From contig JAKVNF010000004.1 in the NCBI GenBank assembly GCA_022483465.1, positions 307,713-371,712 on the forward strand: DNA of 64,000 nucleotides. The letters run 5' to 3'. Origin of the DNA: Lachnospiraceae bacterium. Lineage in GTDB: Bacteria; Bacillota; Clostridia; Lachnospirales; Lachnospiraceae. The notes beneath the pieces are model-generated. The model saw only the letters and a list, made by a program, of their open reading frames with translations, did no database searches and was not told where the DNA came from. Of this stretch, positions 63,076 to 64,000 are shown in pieces; position 1 is the first letter of the stretch, and the number at the start of each line of letters is the position of its first letter. The position numbers were made by a program, and so were the translations under genes.

Positions 63076-64000
63076 CCGCATCCGCCTCATCAACATCAGC
63101 TACAACCATGACGCCATCCGCATCTCGGACGAGCTGCTGTCTCTAAACGGCGAGAGTACCCTGATCTCCCTGCAGAACGGAGGTGGAAAATCCGTGCTGG
63201 TCCAGCTTCTCTCCGCCCCCTTTGTGCACACCAAGTATCGAAATGCGAAGACCAGGATGTTCGCTGACTACTTCCATACCTCCCAGCCCTCCTTCATCCT
63301 GGTGGAGTGGGAACTGGATTCCCACGCGGGATACCTTTTGACCGGCATGATGGTGCGCAAAAACCCGAAGCTCGATGAGCCCGGGGCGGATCATCTCGAC
63401 ATCCTGAACCTCCTCTGCGCCTATCCGGAGGACTGTGAGCAGGATATCCAGCACCTGCCCGTCGTGGAGCGGGACGGCAAGGCCGTGCGCGTCAAGAACT
63501 GGCTCCAGTGCAAATTTTTGTTTGACCAGTACCGGAGAAATCCGGATATCGGCTTCTATACGTTCGATATGAACAACACCTCCCAGCGGCGGGACTACTT
63601 CCAGCGCCTCTCCCAGTACCGAATCAGCTATCGGGAGTGGGAGAACATCATCCACAAGGTGAATGAGCAGGAGGCGGGTCTCGGGGAGCTCTTCAAGGAC
63701 TGCCGGCAGGAGAAGGACCTGGTGGACAAGTGGTTTCTCGATGAGATCGAGAAAAAGCTCGGGCGCTCCACATCCGACGACGGCAGCGAGGGCGGCAGAA
63801 TTCGGGGATTTCAGGATCTGATGGAGAAATACATCCTGCAGTGCCAGCAGCAGGATGTCAAAATCCGCAGAAAAGAGCGGGTAGAGGCCTTTCAGCAGGA
63901 TTCCGTCGCCCTGCGGGAGCACGCCGTGGGCTGGAATCAGGCGGAAGAGGACCGGAAGGAGGCGCTCTCCCGAATTCTCGGATTCCTGCGTGCGATGGAG
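63062..64000 (+). CDS. jetC: SMC/JetC-like ABC-type ATPase, N-terminal 313 codons (continues past the right edge; not in the supplied ORF track)
   Basis: An open frame runs from the ATG at 63062, overlapping the upstream gene by 14 nt, with no stop to the window end. The N-terminal head has Walker A LQNGGGKSVLVQLL, followed by the onset of a charged coiled coil (EKYILQCQQQDVKIRRKERVEAFQQ...). Confidence 0.65.
   Translation, partial: MSRINRIRLINISYNHDAIRISDELLSLNGESTLISLQNGGGKSVLVQLLSAPFVHTKYRNAKTRMFADYFHTSQPSFILVEWELDSHAGYLLTGMMVRKNPKLDEPGADHLDILNLLCAYPEDCEQDIQHLPVVERDGKAVRVKNWLQCKFLFDQYRRNPDIGFYTFDMNNTSQRRDYFQRLSQYRISYREWENIIHKVNEQEAGLGELFKDCRQEKDLVDKWFLDEIEKKLGRSTSDDGSEGGRIRGFQDLMEKYILQCQQQDVKIRRKERVEAFQQDSVALREHAVGWNQAEEDRKEALSRILGFLRAME

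Overview
A 64-kb chromosomal segment from a GC-rich Firmicute, judged Clostridia-like from gene content, AGGAGG-type ribosome-binding sites (RBS) and many ATGA stop/start overlaps. It is almost fully coding. Many long ORFs in the six-frame track are antisense artefacts of the GC-rich DNA.

(1) 1-11.8 kb, minus strand: a complete accessory Sec (aSec) export locus. Gene order is serine-rich repeat adhesin (SRRP, about 1343 aa) > secY2 > asp1 > asp2 > asp3 > secA2 > gtfA, with gtfA cut by the left window edge.

(2) 12.3-23.8 kb: housekeeping and signalling genes. These are a small XRE-regulated cluster, a LytTR/DUF3021 pair, a GntR-ABC operon, an intact GGDEF cyclase, an MFS transporter, a LytTR response regulator, and a hybrid histidine kinase co-transcribed with a degenerate GGDEF protein.

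(3) 23.9-37.8 kb: a 13.9-kb low-GC composite mobile element. Two directly oriented, near-identical IS1634/IS4-like IS copies bound it, and an 8-bp direct repeat (CATACCCC) flanks it. It carries a LacI-regulated GH13 alpha-glucosidase plus sugar ABC transporter operon and two more IS of the same terminal-repeat type.

(4) 37.9-52.6 kb: chromosomal genes. These are a multidomain pseudo-kinase/REC/degenerate-GGDEF membrane protein, a MATE transporter, a HAD hydrolase, a flavin-reductase-rubredoxin fusion, an SNF symporter, a broken SDR gene, an HD hydrolase, a MoxR-DUF58-DUF4129 operon, and a YkfB/YkfC-like murein-peptide recycling pair.

(5) 52.6-59.6 kb: a low-GC patch of mobile-element debris. 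It holds a roughly 580-aa zinc-finger-less TnpB-like RuvC nuclease gene that is split exactly by an ISAzo13-family IS (7-bp duplication), with a structured 3' non-coding tail. It also holds an IS1595 transposase pseudogene and another IS1634-like IS.

(6) 59.7-64.0 kb: a tightly coupled four-gene Wadjet/MksBEFG-like SMC operon in an unusual permuted order. The Toprim JetD-like gene comes first, followed by kleisin-like, JetB-like and SMC-ATPase-like genes; the last runs off the right edge.

No rRNA, tRNA or CRISPR array was recognised.
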